The notes beneath the pieces were generated by a model, which had not been told where the DNA came from, searched no databases, and saw only the letters and a list, made by a program, of their open reading frames with translations. A DNA stretch of 64,000 nucleotides, from contig OZ243916.1 in assembly GCA_965213675.1 (NCBI GenBank), forward strand, positions 2,816,001-2,880,000, in the 5' to 3' direction. Of this stretch, positions 1 to 10,465 are shown in pieces. Source of the DNA: an uncultured Candidatus Binatia bacterium. GTDB lineage: Bacteria; Desulfobacterota; Binatia; UBA9968; JAJDTQ01. The translations under genes were made by a program, and so were the position numbers. The first letter of the stretch is position 1. Each line of letters starts with the position of its first letter.

Positions 1-1014
1 ATTTCCAACTACCTGGGCCGTCTCGACGGCGAACGGAAGGCCGGACCGTGGGGCGAGAAGCTCAACCTCCAGCTCACCCGGCTCCAGGAACTGCGCTACG
101 GGGAGAACCCGCACCAGAGCGCGGCCTTCTACGCCCACGGCGACGGCTCGGTCCCGTCGGTGGCGCGGGCGACGCAGATCCAGGGCAAGCAGCTTTCGTT
201 CAACAACATCCTGGACGCGGACGCCGCCCTGAGTACCGCGCTGGACTTCACCGAGACCACGGCCGTGGCCATCAAGCACACCAACCCGTGCGGCCTGGCC
301 ACCTCCGAGATCTCGCTGGCCGACGCCTTTCGCAAGGCCAAGGCCGGCGACCCGGTATCCATCTTCGGCGGCGTCATCGCCCTCAACCGGCCGGTGGACG
401 CGGAAACCGCCGAGGAACTGAAGCAGATCTTCCTGGAGATCGTCATCGCCCCCTCGTTTACCCCCGAAGCCCGCGAGATCCTGTCTTCGGCCAAGCGTCT
501 GCTCAACATCCGCCTGCTGGAGATCGACATGACCCCGGCGGTGGACACGGCCCACGACCTGCGCCGGGTGCATGGCGGGGTGTTGTTGCAGGACTGGGAC
601 CACAAGCCCATGGATGTCCGCGCATGCAAGGTGGTCACCCAACGCCAGCCCACCGACGACGAATACCAGGCCTTGGGCTTCGCCTGGCGCGTGTGCCACC
701 ACGTCAAGTCCAATGCCATCGTCTTCACCTCCAGTGACCAGTTGCTGGGAGTCGGCGCCGGCCAGATGAGCCGGGTGGATTCCGCCCAACTCGCCGTCAC
801 CCGCGCCCGGACCCACGGCCTCGACCTCGCCGGCTCGGTGGTGGCGTCGGACGCTTTCTACCCCTTCCGGGACGGCGTCGACGCCGCCGCCAAGGCCGGC
901 GCCCGCGCGGTCATCCAACCCGGCGGCTCCATCCGCGACGAAGAGGTCATCGCCGCCGCCAACGAACACGGCCTGGCCATGGTGTTTACGGGGGTCCGGC
1001 ACTTCCGGCATTAG
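1..1014 (+). CDS. purH: Bifunctional AICAR transformylase/IMP cyclohydrolase (5' truncated by window edge)
   Basis: Frame open from base 1; motifs [50 protein letters not shown]. Confidence 0.97.
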   Translation: MSNYLGRLDGERKAGPWGEKLNLQLTRLQELRYGENPHQSAAFYAHGDGSVPSVARATQIQGKQLSFNNILDADAALSTALDFTETTAVAIKHTNPCGLATSEISLADAFRKAKAGDPVSIFGGVIALNRPVDAETAEELKQIFLEIVIAPSFTPEAREILSSAKRLLNIRLLEIDMTPAVDTAHDLRRVHGGVLLQDWDHKPMDVRACKVVTQRQPTDDEYQALGFAWRVCHHVKSNAIVFTSSDQLLGVGAGQMSRVDSAQLAVTRARTHGLDLAGSVVASDAFYPFRDGVDAAAKAGARAVIQPGGSIRDEEVIAAANEHGLAMVFTGVRHFRH

Positions 1015-1053
1015 GAGCCTCGCGCCCACAGGGACCCCTCCCATTCCGGAACC

Positions 1054-2325
1054 ATGAACATTCTCGTCATCGGAAGCGGCGGCCGTGAGCACGCGCTGGT
1101 CTGGAAGCTCGGCCAGAGTCCGCGAGTGGACAAGCTCTACTGCGCGCCCGGCAACGACGGCATGAGGCAGCAGGCGGAGCGGGTGGACATCGGCGCGGGT
1201 GACATCGAGAAGCTGGCGGACTTCGCCGCGCGGGAGGCCATCGACCTCACGGTGGTGGGACCGGAGCAGCCGCTGGTGGCAGGCATCGCCGACCTGTTCG
1301 AAAGCCGGGGCCTCAAGGTGTTCGGTCCCGGCCGCGAAGCGGCGCGACTCGAGGGCAGCAAGGCCTTTGCCAAGGAATTGATGCGAGAGAACGGCATCCC
1401 CACCGCGGCGTGCGAGATTTTCACCGATCTCGACGAGGCACGTCGCTACGTGGCCCAAGACCGGCCGTGCGTGGTCAAGGCCGACGGCCTGGCCGCGGGC
1501 AAGGGCGTTATCCTGTGCGCGGGCCGGGCCGAGGCGGAAGCGGCCCTGGACGACATCATGGGACGCAGGGTCTTCGGCGCGGCGGGTGACCGGGTGGTCA
1601 TCGAGGAGTTGCTGGCGGGCGAGGAAGCCTCGTTCATGGCGCTGATGGACGGCAATGATTTCCTGCCGCTGGCCACCTCCCAGGACCACAAGCGCGTCTT
1701 CGACGGCGACGAGGGACCCAACACCGGCGGCATGGGGGCGTACTCGCCGGCGCCGGCGGTGGACGCCGGGGTGCATGACGCGGTGGTGGAGCGGGTGCTG
1801 AAACCGTTGGCGGCCGGGCTCAAGCGTCGCGGCCTCGTGTATCGCGGCGTCCTCTACGCCGGGATCATGATTACCGGCGACGGCCCCAAGGTGCTGGAAT
1901 TCAACTGCCGTTTCGGCGACCCGGAGTGCCAGCCCCTCATGATGCGGCTCCGGTCCGACCTAGCGGCGCTGCTCATGGCCACTGCCGAGGGCCGGTTGCG
2001 GGAAGCGGCCGCGGAATGGTCCGATCAGGCGGCGGTGTGCGTCGTGCTCGCGTCCGCGGGCTATCCGGGCGCGTATCCAACGGGCATCGAGATCGACGGC
2101 CTGGACACGCTCGACGCTTGGGAACGGGGCTGCGCTTTCCACGCCGGCACCACGCGCCGGGAAAACCGCTGGTACACCGCCGGCGGCCGGGTGCTGGGCG
2201 TCACCGCGCTGGGAGACACCATTGCCGCGGCCACGAGGGAGGCCTATGAAGGCGCAGGCAGGATCGCCTGGGACGGCATGCACCACCGCCGGGACATCGC
2301 CGCGCGCGCCATGGAGCGCCGCTAG
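1054..2325 (+). CDS. purD: Phosphoribosylamine-glycine ligase
   Basis: GSGGREHAL, LEGSKAFAK, KADGLAAGKGV, GPNTGGMGAY, EFNCRFGDPE; follows purH. Confidence 0.97.
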   Translation: MNILVIGSGGREHALVWKLGQSPRVDKLYCAPGNDGMRQQAERVDIGAGDIEKLADFAAREAIDLTVVGPEQPLVAGIADLFESRGLKVFGPGREAARLEGSKAFAKELMRENGIPTAACEIFTDLDEARRYVAQDRPCVVKADGLAAGKGVILCAGRAEAEAALDDIMGRRVFGAAGDRVVIEELLAGEEASFMALMDGNDFLPLATSQDHKRVFDGDEGPNTGGMGAYSPAPAVDAGVHDAVVERVLKPLAAGLKRRGLVYRGVLYAGIMITGDGPKVLEFNCRFGDPECQPLMMRLRSDLAALLMATAEGRLREAAAEWSDQAAVCVVLASAGYPGAYPTGIEIDGLDTLDAWERGCAFHAGTTRRENRWYTAGGRVLGVTALGDTIAAATREAYEGAGRIAWDGMHHRRDIAARAMERR

Positions 2326-2347
2326 TGTGGTGTCTGGTTAATTCGCG
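2322..2347 (+). mobile_element. Solo terminal repeat of an IS/MITE (CTAG-ended, IS630-like), overlapping the purD stop codon
   Basis: CTAGTGTGGTGTCTGGTTAATTCGCG; exact reverse complement at 46636-46661. Confidence 0.6.
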
Positions 2348-2538
2348 AACGCGGAACCATGCCCTGAACATCCGCGAGACATAATCCTCGCCCAACCCGC
2401 CGATGAGCAGCTTGGCGCCGAGAAACAGCGGGTTGCCGATCAGTTCATCGGCCGCCTGCCAGTCCAGTTCGCTGTCGCCGTGCACAAGGCACGAGACGAG
2501 GGCCTCCGAGGGCGGCGGCTCTCTCGATATTACCGCGT

Positions 2539-2961
2539 CTAATTGCAGGTCGAGGTTGCCGAACTTGGACTACCGATATTGTATGCCGTTGGGTAAGGGG
2601 GGGCGTTACTGCATGCGCTATTACCGGATGTCGCGTTACAGGTAGCCTCATTGGTGTTATCGTTGGACGTCTGAATCGTTATCGTGTGCGAACCCTTGTT
2701 TGTCAAATTGCAAGGAAAGGAAAAGTGGAAGTCAGGCTGCAGCCACCAGTAACGATCATAACCGGCCCATCTGACAAGGACTAGCACTGCATGACCCGGA
2801 TCCGGACTGAGAGATGCTTTAAATTTTACATCATCGCCGGGAAAGACCTGTGATGTATTCGCTGTGATAGTCGCACTCGGCGTAGTCTGCGCCATTGCCG
2901 GGTATGTCAGCATTCCGAACACCAGCGTGGCCAACGCGGCCATCGTCAGTTGTCGTATCAT
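2539..2961 (-). CDS. Secreted small beta-sandwich (Ig/Calx-beta-like) protein, Cys-containing
   Basis: Signal peptide ending AMA-Q; Thr/Ser/Asn-rich; C-terminal YNIGSPSSAT; AGGAGG upstream; visibly lower GC than flanks. Confidence 0.6.
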   Translation of the reverse strand: MIRQLTMAALATLVFGMLTYPAMAQTTPSATITANTSQVFPGDDVKFKASLSPDPGHAVLVLVRWAGYDRYWWLQPDFHFSFPCNLTNKGSHTITIQTSNDNTNEATCNATSGNSACSNAPPYPTAYNIGSPSSATSTCN

Positions 2962-3308
2962 TGGTTACCTCCTTGTTGACCCGATAGATCCTCAGGGAAG
3001 ATCTGAACAAGTCCATTAACGTAGAAGTGCCTCAGCGTCGTATTTTAGTACAGCACAGGGGGGAGGGGTCAAGACAAAAGTTGGCTTTCCCGCCTTTCGT
3101 GTAAGCGCGACAGCCTTTACTCACACGGAGTCACCGAGCTACGCGTTTCCTTCGCTTCGATGCTTCGGGTGACTCGGTTTTCGTCGATCCTGATGCTATG
3201 ACTCGGACAGACTCCCCGGCAACGCGGTGGGACATCTCCGGCGAGAGGCGCCGTGCAGCCGTGCAGGGAATGGCAGTTCAAACCGACGATTGAAGGAGGA
3301 AACACACA

Positions 3309-3821
3309 GTGGCGGATCAGAGTCCGAAAGTTGCGATATTGATGGGCAGCGATTCCGACCTGGAGGTCATGAAGGAGGCCGCAACTCGGCTGGAGTCCTT
3401 CGGCATCCCGTACGAGATGCACATATCGTCCGCGCACCGCTCCCCGGAGCGGACCCACGCCTATGCCAAAGGCGCGGCGGACCGGGGCATCGAGGCGTTC
3501 ATCGTGGGTGCGGGCGCGGCGGCGCATCTGGCGGGGGTGGTGGCGGCGGTCACCACCCTGCCGGTGATCGGCGTGCCGCTGAGCGCGTCGGCGCTGAACG
3601 GCATGGACGCGCTGCTGGCGACCGTGCAGATGCCGGCGGGGGTGCCGGTGGCGACCATGGCCATCGGCAAGGGCGGCGCCGCCAACGCGGGCATCTTCGC
3701 GGCCCAGATCATCGCGCGGCAGGACCCGGAGTTGTCGGCCCGGCTGGCCCGCTTCAAGGAGGAACTGGCCGCGGGCGTGGAAGCCAGGGACGCCAAACTT
3801 CAGGAAAGCCTGAAGGCCTAG
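3309..3821 (+). CDS. purE: N5-carboxyaminoimidazole ribonucleotide mutase
   Basis: [36 protein letters not shown]; AAGGAGG upstream of GTG start. Confidence 0.96.
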   Translation: MADQSPKVAILMGSDSDLEVMKEAATRLESFGIPYEMHISSAHRSPERTHAYAKGAADRGIEAFIVGAGAAAHLAGVVAAVTTLPVIGVPLSASALNGMDALLATVQMPAGVPVATMAIGKGGAANAGIFAAQIIARQDPELSARLARFKEELAAGVEARDAKLQESLKA

Positions 3822-3834
3822 CCGGGGACGCGCG

Positions 3835-5139
3835 ATGGCCAAGATTTTCCCCTTCCGGGGGCTCACCTATGATCCCAACAGCGTCGGCGATCTTTCCTGC
3901 GTAATGGCGCCGCCCTACGACGTCATCTCGCCCGAGCACCAGGCGGAACTGTACGAGCGCTCCCCGCGGAACGTCGTGCGCATCGACTTCAGCCGCGACC
4001 CCAGCCCTTACGCCACGGTGCCGCAACGCTTCCAGGAATGGCAGGATGACGGCACGCTGGTGGCGGAGGAGGCCCCGGCCATCTATTACCTGAGCCAGGA
4101 GTACCGGCTTCGGAACGGCGTCGTGCGGGAGCGGCGCGGCTTCATCGCGCTGGCCGCCATCGAGGACTTTGGCGACGGCGCCATCCACGGGCACGAGGCC
4201 ACCCTGGCCGAGCCCAGGGAGGACCGCCTGAAACTGATGCTCGCCTGCGACGCCCAGTTCAGCTCCATCCTGGCGCTCTACTCCGACGAGAAGCCCACCC
4301 TCACCGACGCGCTCTGCGCGCATGTCCGCTCCCAAGAGCCCAAGATCGAGGCGGAGTTGGGAGAGTTCGGCGTCTCCCGGCTGTGGGCGGTGACGGAGCC
4401 GGCGCTCATCGGCATGGTGCGGGAGGCCCTGCGCGAGCGCGCGGTCTTCATTGCCGACGGACATCACCGCTACGAGGCCGCCTGCAACTACCGGCGCCGG
4501 CGCCTGGCGGAGCGGCCCGGCGCCACCGGTGACGCGGGATTCAACCGGGTGATGATGTACTTTGCCAACCTGAACGAGGAGGGCGTGGTGATCCTGCCCA
4601 CCCACCGGCTGGTGCGCGAAACGCCCGCGGCGCGCCCCGCGGATCTGGCGGCGAAGCTCCGGCAGTCCTTTCACGTGGAGGCATTCCCACGGGACCCGGG
4701 CGGGCGGCGGCGGTTCCTGGAGGCGCTCGAACACCCGAAGGACGGCGAGCGCGTGATCGGGGCCGCCTTCAGGGACGATGAGCGCTACCTGGCCCTGCGG
4801 CCTCGGGACGCCAACGCCATGGAACGGTTGGCGCCGGAGATGAGCCCGGAACTGCGCGGGCTGGATGTCACCACGCTCCACGTGCTGCTCATGGAACACG
4901 TCCTCGGCGTGTCCACCCGCGACGCCGTCAACACCGATGCCGTGTCCTACACCCACGACGCGGAAGAGGCCCTGGCCGAGGCGGAGGCGGGGCGCTGCCA
5001 GGCCGCGCTCATCCTCAACCCGCCGACGGCCGGCGAGATGATCGCCGTCTCGCTCAAGGGCGAGAAGATGCCCCAGAAGTCCACCTATTTCTTCCCCAAG
5101 CTGGTCACCGGGCTGGTGATCCGCAAGGTGGAAAGTTGA
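3835..5139 (+). CDS. DUF1015 family protein
   Basis: FPFRG, PPYDVI, HEAT, IADGHHRYEAA, MPQKSTYFFPK. Confidence 0.88.
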   Translation: MAKIFPFRGLTYDPNSVGDLSCVMAPPYDVISPEHQAELYERSPRNVVRIDFSRDPSPYATVPQRFQEWQDDGTLVAEEAPAIYYLSQEYRLRNGVVRERRGFIALAAIEDFGDGAIHGHEATLAEPREDRLKLMLACDAQFSSILALYSDEKPTLTDALCAHVRSQEPKIEAELGEFGVSRLWAVTEPALIGMVREALRERAVFIADGHHRYEAACNYRRRRLAERPGATGDAGFNRVMMYFANLNEEGVVILPTHRLVRETPAARPADLAAKLRQSFHVEAFPRDPGGRRRFLEALEHPKDGERVIGAAFRDDERYLALRPRDANAMERLAPEMSPELRGLDVTTLHVLLMEHVLGVSTRDAVNTDAVSYTHDAEEALAEAEAGRCQAALILNPPTAGEMIAVSLKGEKMPQKSTYFFPKLVTGLVIRKVES

Positions 5140-5183
5140 AAATGACACGTTGCTGTCCAACCGGAGACGCAAGGAACACGACC

Positions 5184-6179
5184 ATGTCCAGATTGCACTT
5201 GACGCTGGCGTGCGGCGACTACGACCGCACCAAAACACTGCAGGACGGCTCGCTGAGCCCCGACGGCATCGCCCTCAACTACCTGCCGATGCAGGCGGAG
5301 GAAATCTTCTGGCGCATGGGGCACCACCAGGAGTTCCACTCCTCGGAGATGTCGCTGGCCAATTACATCACCATGACGTCGCGCGGCGAAAGCCCGTTCA
5401 CCGCCATCCCCGTGTTCCCGTCGCGCTATTTCCGCCACTCCTGCGTGCTCGTCAACACCGACCGGGGCCTGGACAAGCCCGAGGACCTGAGCGGCAAGCG
5501 CATCGGCGTGCCCGAGTATTCCATCACCGCGGCGGTGTGGATACGCGGCTTCCTGAACGATGACTACGGGGTCAAGGCCAGCGACGCCGAGTGGTTCACC
5601 GGCGGACAGGAAGTCCCGGGGCGCAAGGAGCGCATCGAGCTACGGCTTCCGCCCGAGATCAAGGTGCAGCCCATTCCGCCGGACCGGACCCTGAACGACA
5701 TGCTCGACAAGGGCGAGATCGACGCGCTGGTCACCGCGCGCATTCCGTCGTGCCACGCCGCCGGCGCGCCGCACATCCGCCGCCTGTTCCCCGACTTCAA
5801 ATCCGTGGAGATCGACTACTACCGGCGCACGAAGCTATTCCCCATCATGCACACCGTGGTCATCCGCAACGACGTCTACGAAGCCAACCCGTGGGTGGCC
5901 CGAAGCCTCTACACCGCCTTCTGCCAGTCCAAGGACGACGCCATCGACCGCATGAACATCAACAACACCATGGCCAGCACCCTCCCCTGGCTCCAGGCCG
6001 AGATGGCCCTCCTGCGCGACGTCTTCGGCGACGACTGGTGGCCCTACGGCATCGAACCCAACCGCCACGTCATCGAGGCCCTCACCCGCTACATGGGCGA
6101 ACAGGGACTGCTGGGGGATAAGGTCCCCACCGTGGAGGAGTTGTTTGCGCCGACGCTGATCGGGGATTACCGGCTGTAG
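5184..6179 (+). CDS. 4,5-dihydroxyphthalate decarboxylase-like / periplasmic-binding-fold protein
   Basis: LTLACGDYDRT, AIPVFPSRYFRH, IGVPEY, FPIMHTVVIR, WPYGIEPNR. Confidence 0.8.
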   Translation: MSRLHLTLACGDYDRTKTLQDGSLSPDGIALNYLPMQAEEIFWRMGHHQEFHSSEMSLANYITMTSRGESPFTAIPVFPSRYFRHSCVLVNTDRGLDKPEDLSGKRIGVPEYSITAAVWIRGFLNDDYGVKASDAEWFTGGQEVPGRKERIELRLPPEIKVQPIPPDRTLNDMLDKGEIDALVTARIPSCHAAGAPHIRRLFPDFKSVEIDYYRRTKLFPIMHTVVIRNDVYEANPWVARSLYTAFCQSKDDAIDRMNINNTMASTLPWLQAEMALLRDVFGDDWWPYGIEPNRHVIEALTRYMGEQGLLGDKVPTVEELFAPTLIGDYRL

Positions 6180-6303
6180 GGTCCGGCAGGTCCTTCCAGC
6201 CCTGGCAACATCGGAGGGAAAGAGAAGAGGTTGCCGGAGAAGGGGATCACCGAGGAGAAGGCGTGACGGCCGCAGGCGGGATTGACGGGAGCGGGGCGCC
6301 GCC

Positions 6304-6732
6304 ATGAACCACATGACCCGCGGGGAGGCAGCCTTCGTTCGTCAGGCCCGGGTAGGAGTTCTGGCCACGGTGGACGAGCGCGGCCAGCCGCTCAACGTCC
6401 CCTTCTGCTTCGCCTTCGACGGCGCGTGCCTGTACTCGCCCATCGACGAGAAGCCCAAGGCCGTCGCGCCGCGGGAACTCAAACGGCTCCGCAACATCCG
6501 CGCCAACCCCCGCGTCTCCGTCGTGGTTCACCGCTACGACGACGAGGACTGGTCCCGGCTTGCCCACGTCATCATCCAGGGCGAGGCCTCCCTGCTGGCG
6601 GAGGGGGACGCCCACCGCCAGGCCGTCCGGCTGCTGCGCCGGAAATACGCCCAGTACCGCGCCATGGCCCTGGATGCACGGCCCGTCATTCAGATCCGGG
6701 TTCTCCGTTGCATCCGTTGGGGCAGCATCTGA
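6304..6732 (+). CDS. PPOX-class F420-dependent oxidoreductase (Rv0121/TIGR03668-like)
   Basis: ARVGVLATV, VPFCFA, IDEKPK, LKRLRNIRANPRVSVVV, DEDWSRL, KYAQY. Confidence 0.85.
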   Translation: MNHMTRGEAAFVRQARVGVLATVDERGQPLNVPFCFAFDGACLYSPIDEKPKAVAPRELKRLRNIRANPRVSVVVHRYDDEDWSRLAHVIIQGEASLLAEGDAHRQAVRLLRRKYAQYRAMALDARPVIQIRVLRCIRWGSI

Positions 6733-6761
6733 TTTCTCCGGCCCGGCGGCAGCGGATCAGG

Positions 6762-7346
6762 CTACGCCACGTCCTTGATGGACGACACGCCGGTGGCCTT
6801 CATCATGCGTTCCAGGAAGGCGTGCACGTGGGTGTAGCCGGCGTCGAGTTCGCGGTCCAGGGCGGTGTAGAGGTAATGGAGCTGGGCGTAGATGGAGATG
6901 TCGGCGAGGGTCATGCGGCCGAAGAGGAAATCCCTGCCGGAGTAGAGCAGGTCGAGATTCTCCAGGTGGACGGCGAGCCCCTTTTCCGCCTGTTGGATGT
7001 CCTCGTCGGTCTTGGCCCGCCGGAAGGCCATGACCGCGGCGTTGAGGTCCTCGTCGGCCCAGTCCTCCAGCATCAGGCACAGTCCCTTGTCCGAGGGATT
7101 GTCCGGGTAGATGGAGGGCTCGGGAACCTTCTCTTCCCAGTACTTGGCCAGGACGGTGGAATCCTGGACGCACCGGCCGTCGATGTCCATGGTGGGGACC
7201 TTGCGCTGGTTGGAGAACGCGATCAACGATTCCCGGTTGTCGGCGCGCACGTCCACCACCTCGTAGGGAACCTTCTTCATGGTGAGAACCACGCGAAGCT
7301 TCTCGCAGAACATCGAAGTCCTGGAGTTGAAGAGCCTGTTTGCCAT
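6762..7346 (-). CDS. Glutathione S-transferase family protein
   Basis: SMFCEKLR, KVP, QDSTV, MTLADISIY. Confidence 0.85.
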   Translation of the reverse strand: MANRLFNSRTSMFCEKLRVVLTMKKVPYEVVDVRADNRESLIAFSNQRKVPTMDIDGRCVQDSTVLAKYWEEKVPEPSIYPDNPSDKGLCLMLEDWADEDLNAAVMAFRRAKTDEDIQQAEKGLAVHLENLDLLYSGRDFLFGRMTLADISIYAQLHYLYTALDRELDAGYTHVHAFLERMMKATGVSSIKDVA

Positions 7347-7606
7347 GGGGATGCCTCCTTGTGCCGCTCAAGCGGCGGGTAAACGTTGCGCGTGCGGGGT
7401 GTGCTTCCGCTTTGTGTCCGAGGTCCGTGTGTTCGCCGTGCCGGCGGAGCAATCCAGCGCGCGGCAGGGCATGCGGACTTCACATAGAACGTCGCCGGTC
7501 AGGCGTCAACTGGCCGGTTTGTGCTAGTGTCGTGTTTCTGAAATACGTGGACGCAAGTGTGAAGGGTACGCAAGCGTCAAGGGCAGAATGGCGGGGGGTA
7601 TCGGCC

Positions 7607-9055
7607 ATGAGCGAAATCCATTTTGTGGACACGACGTTGCGCGACGGGCAGATGAGCCTCTGGGCCACGCGCATGCGCACGGGGATGATGCTGCCCATCG
7701 CCGTGCGCATGGACCGGGCGGGCTTCGACGCCATGGAACTGATGTCCAGCATCTTCCTCAAGAAGCTGGCCCGGGACCTCCGGGAGGACCCCTTCGAGCG
7801 GCTGCGCCTGATGGCGGCGAAGATGCCCAACACGCCGCTGCGCATGACTTCCGGGCGCTTCAACGCCTTCGAGGTGACGCCCTTCTCCCTGTACGAGCTC
7901 TACCTCCAGCGCATGCGCGCCAACGGCATGCGTCAGGCGCGCATCTCCGACGAGTGGAACGACTTCGATGGCTGGCGCGACAAGGTACGGACCGCCCGGG
8001 AAGCCGGGCTCGAACCCATCGTGAACCTGATCTACTCGGTATCCCCCAGGCACACCGACGCCTACTACGCGGAGCGGGCGCGCCAGGCGGCCACGCTGGA
8101 ACTGTCGCGCATCTGTCTCAAGGACCCGGGCGGCCTCATCACTCCGGACCGGGTACGCACCTTGGTGCCGCTGGTGCTGGAGAACGTCAACGGCATCCCG
8201 TTGGAGTTCCACACCCACTGCACCACCGGGCTGGGGCCGCTGTGCTGCGTGGAGGCCATCAAGCTCGGCGTCACCATCGTCAACACCGCCCTGCCGCCGC
8301 TGGCCAACGCCTCGTCCAACCCGTCGCTGTACAATGTGGCCGCCAACGCCCGCGCCCTGGGGCACGCCACCGCGGTGGACGAAGCGTCGCTGCACGCGGT
8401 GTCGGAACACTTCACCCGCATCGCCGAGCGCGAGGGCCTGCCCCTGGGGCGGCCGGTGGAATACGACCACGGCCAGTACCTCCACCAGGTGCCCGGCGGC
8501 ATGTATTCCAACCTGCGCCACCAACTGGAAAAGGTGGGACTGGAGCACAAGTTCCCGGAGGCGCTGGAGGAATGCGGCCGGGTGCGGGAGGAGTTCGCCT
8601 ATCCCATCATGGTGACGCCGCTCTCCCAGTTCGTGGGCAGCCAGGCCGCCATCAACGTCATCGTCGGCGAGCGCTACGCCCAAGTCACCGACCAGAGCAT
8701 TCTCTACGCCCTGGGCCTGTGGGGCGAGGAAGGCAGCCGGCTCATGGACCCGGAGGTCAAGGACAGGATTCTCGCCCGGCCGCGCGCCCGGGAGCTGGCG
8801 CGGTGGCAGCCGCCGCAACCGTCCATCGCCGAGATCCGCAAGGGCTTCGAGCCGGGCCTCTCGGACGACGATCTGCTGCTCCGCTGGCTCATCACCCAGG
8901 ACGAGTTCAACGCCATGCGCGCCGCCGGCCCGGCCACTCCGTACACCGGCAACGGCGTGCTCGGCCTGCTGCAAAACCTGCGCGGTCACAAGGCCAACCA
9001 CGTGTACATTCAGAAACCGGGACTGAAGCTGGCGCTGCAGGGGTCAGCGAATTGA
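7607..9055 (+). CDS. Pyruvate/oxaloacetate carboxyltransferase-like subunit (PycB/OadA family, no biotin domain)
   Basis: VDTTLRDG, LKDPGGL, HTHCTTG, HQVPGGM, YPIMVTPLSQFVG. Confidence 0.82.
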   Translation: MSEIHFVDTTLRDGQMSLWATRMRTGMMLPIAVRMDRAGFDAMELMSSIFLKKLARDLREDPFERLRLMAAKMPNTPLRMTSGRFNAFEVTPFSLYELYLQRMRANGMRQARISDEWNDFDGWRDKVRTAREAGLEPIVNLIYSVSPRHTDAYYAERARQAATLELSRICLKDPGGLITPDRVRTLVPLVLENVNGIPLEFHTHCTTGLGPLCCVEAIKLGVTIVNTALPPLANASSNPSLYNVAANARALGHATAVDEASLHAVSEHFTRIAEREGLPLGRPVEYDHGQYLHQVPGGMYSNLRHQLEKVGLEHKFPEALEECGRVREEFAYPIMVTPLSQFVGSQAAINVIVGERYAQVTDQSILYALGLWGEEGSRLMDPEVKDRILARPRARELARWQPPQPSIAEIRKGFEPGLSDDDLLLRWLITQDEFNAMRAAGPATPYTGNGVLGLLQNLRGHKANHVYIQKPGLKLALQGSAN

Positions 9056-9085
9056 GACAATTGCACCGCAGGGACCTTACGGAAC

Positions 9086-9292
9086 GTCATTCCCGCGGAA
9101 CAGGCCGTGTCAAAACCCGTGAGGCAAAACCCTACGCAATGTCATTCCCGCGGAAGCGGGAATCCAGGGGCGGCTAGTGTGCCCCCACCACTCCCCCTGG
9201 ATTCCCGCTTTCGCGGGAATGACTCTTCGGGGTGGCGCGGCGGGTTCGTTGCCGGGGTGGAGTTTTGACACAGCCTGTTCCGCGGGAATGAC
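9086..9292. repeat. Nested palindromic element (outer IR plus inner REP/dRS3-like doublet)
   Basis: GTCATTCCCGCGGAACAGGCCGTGTCAAAAC...GTTTTGACACAGCCTGTTCCGCGGGAATGAC enclosing GTCATTCCCGCGGAAGCGGGAATCCAGGGG / CCCCTGGATTCCCGCTTTCGCGGGAATGAC. Confidence 0.9.
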
Positions 9293-9347
9293 GTTTCGCA
9301 AGGTCTCTGTCTGACGAGTCTGACACACCTGGCGCGGGAGGCATCCC

Positions 9348-10424
9348 ATGAGCACGAACACGGAAACCGACGCATTCTACCGGGAAGTGGACGAGAAGCA
9401 CCTGGTGCCGCTGTGGAACATTACCGCGAGCGCCCTGCCCGCCGAGCCCAAGTCTCCGGTGAAGGCGCACCTGTGGCGCTGGGCGGACCTGCGCCGGCTG
9501 GCGCGCCAGGCCGGGGATCTCGTGCCCATCGAGCGCGGCGGCGAACGGCGCGTGTTGGGGCTCGTGAACCCGGGGCTGGGCGGCAAACACGCCGCCACCC
9601 GAACGCTGTGGGCGGCCGTGCAGATCGTCAAGCCGGGTGAGATCGCCCCGTGCCACCGGCACACCCCTTCGGCCATCCGCTTCATCATCGAGGGCGACCG
9701 CACCTACACCAACCTGAACGGCGACAAGTGCGTCATGAGCCGGGGCGATCTGGTGCTCACGCCGAGCTGGGACTGGCACGATCACGGCTGCGAGTCGGAC
9801 GAACCCATGATCTGGATGGACGGGCTCGACCTGCCGCTGGTGGGAGATCTCGACGCCGCCTTCTTCGAAATGTATCCGGACCACCGCTTCCCCGTCACCG
9901 ACGTCAACGAGTCGGAGCGGAAGTTCGGCGTGACCCATCTCCGTCCCACTTGGGAGAAGCCGCCCGAACACCGCTCGCCGCTGCTCAACTTCAAGTGGGA
10001 GCCCACCCGCGACGCCCTCCAGCGCATCGGCGAGGGTCCAGCCAGCCCCCACGACGACGTCTGCTTCGAATACCTGAACCCGGCCACCGGCGGCCCGGTG
10101 CTCACCACCATGAGCTGCACCATCCAGAAAATCCGCCCCGGTGTGCGCACCCAGGCGCACCGGCAGGTGCAAAGCTCCGTCTACCTGGCCTTCTCGGGCA
10201 AGGGCTACTCGGTCATCAACGGCCAGCGCTTCGACTGGGACGAGGGCGACTTCTTCGTGGTGCCGCCGTGGGCGTGGCACGAGCACGCCAACGAGACCGA
10301 CGGCGAGGCGCTGCTGTTCGCCATCCACGACACCCCGGTGATGAAGGCCCTTGGCCTGTACCGTGAAGAAAGCTATACAGACAATGACGGTCACCAGGAG
10401 GTCACCGGCGCCTTCAAGGCCTGA
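9348..10424 (+). CDS. Gentisate 1,2-dioxygenase-like bicupin
   Basis: GGERRVL, HRHTPSAIRF, GDLVLTPSWDWHDH, WMDGLDLP, GDFFVVPPWAWHEH. Confidence 0.88.
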   Translation: MSTNTETDAFYREVDEKHLVPLWNITASALPAEPKSPVKAHLWRWADLRRLARQAGDLVPIERGGERRVLGLVNPGLGGKHAATRTLWAAVQIVKPGEIAPCHRHTPSAIRFIIEGDRTYTNLNGDKCVMSRGDLVLTPSWDWHDHGCESDEPMIWMDGLDLPLVGDLDAAFFEMYPDHRFPVTDVNESERKFGVTHLRPTWEKPPEHRSPLLNFKWEPTRDALQRIGEGPASPHDDVCFEYLNPATGGPVLTTMSCTIQKIRPGVRTQAHRQVQSSVYLAFSGKGYSVINGQRFDWDEGDFFVVPPWAWHEHANETDGEALLFAIHDTPVMKALGLYREESYTDNDGHQEVTGAFKA

Positions 10425-10465
10425 TGGGCCACCCGGTATCCGGAAACGCGGAAGGAACCGTAAGC

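Noticed and set aside
9110-9375. Small ORFs containing SFPRKRES / VIPAEAGI peptides (also near 35600, 37700, 42270, 46760, 62850)
   Set aside because: Translations of the palindromic repeat, not genes.
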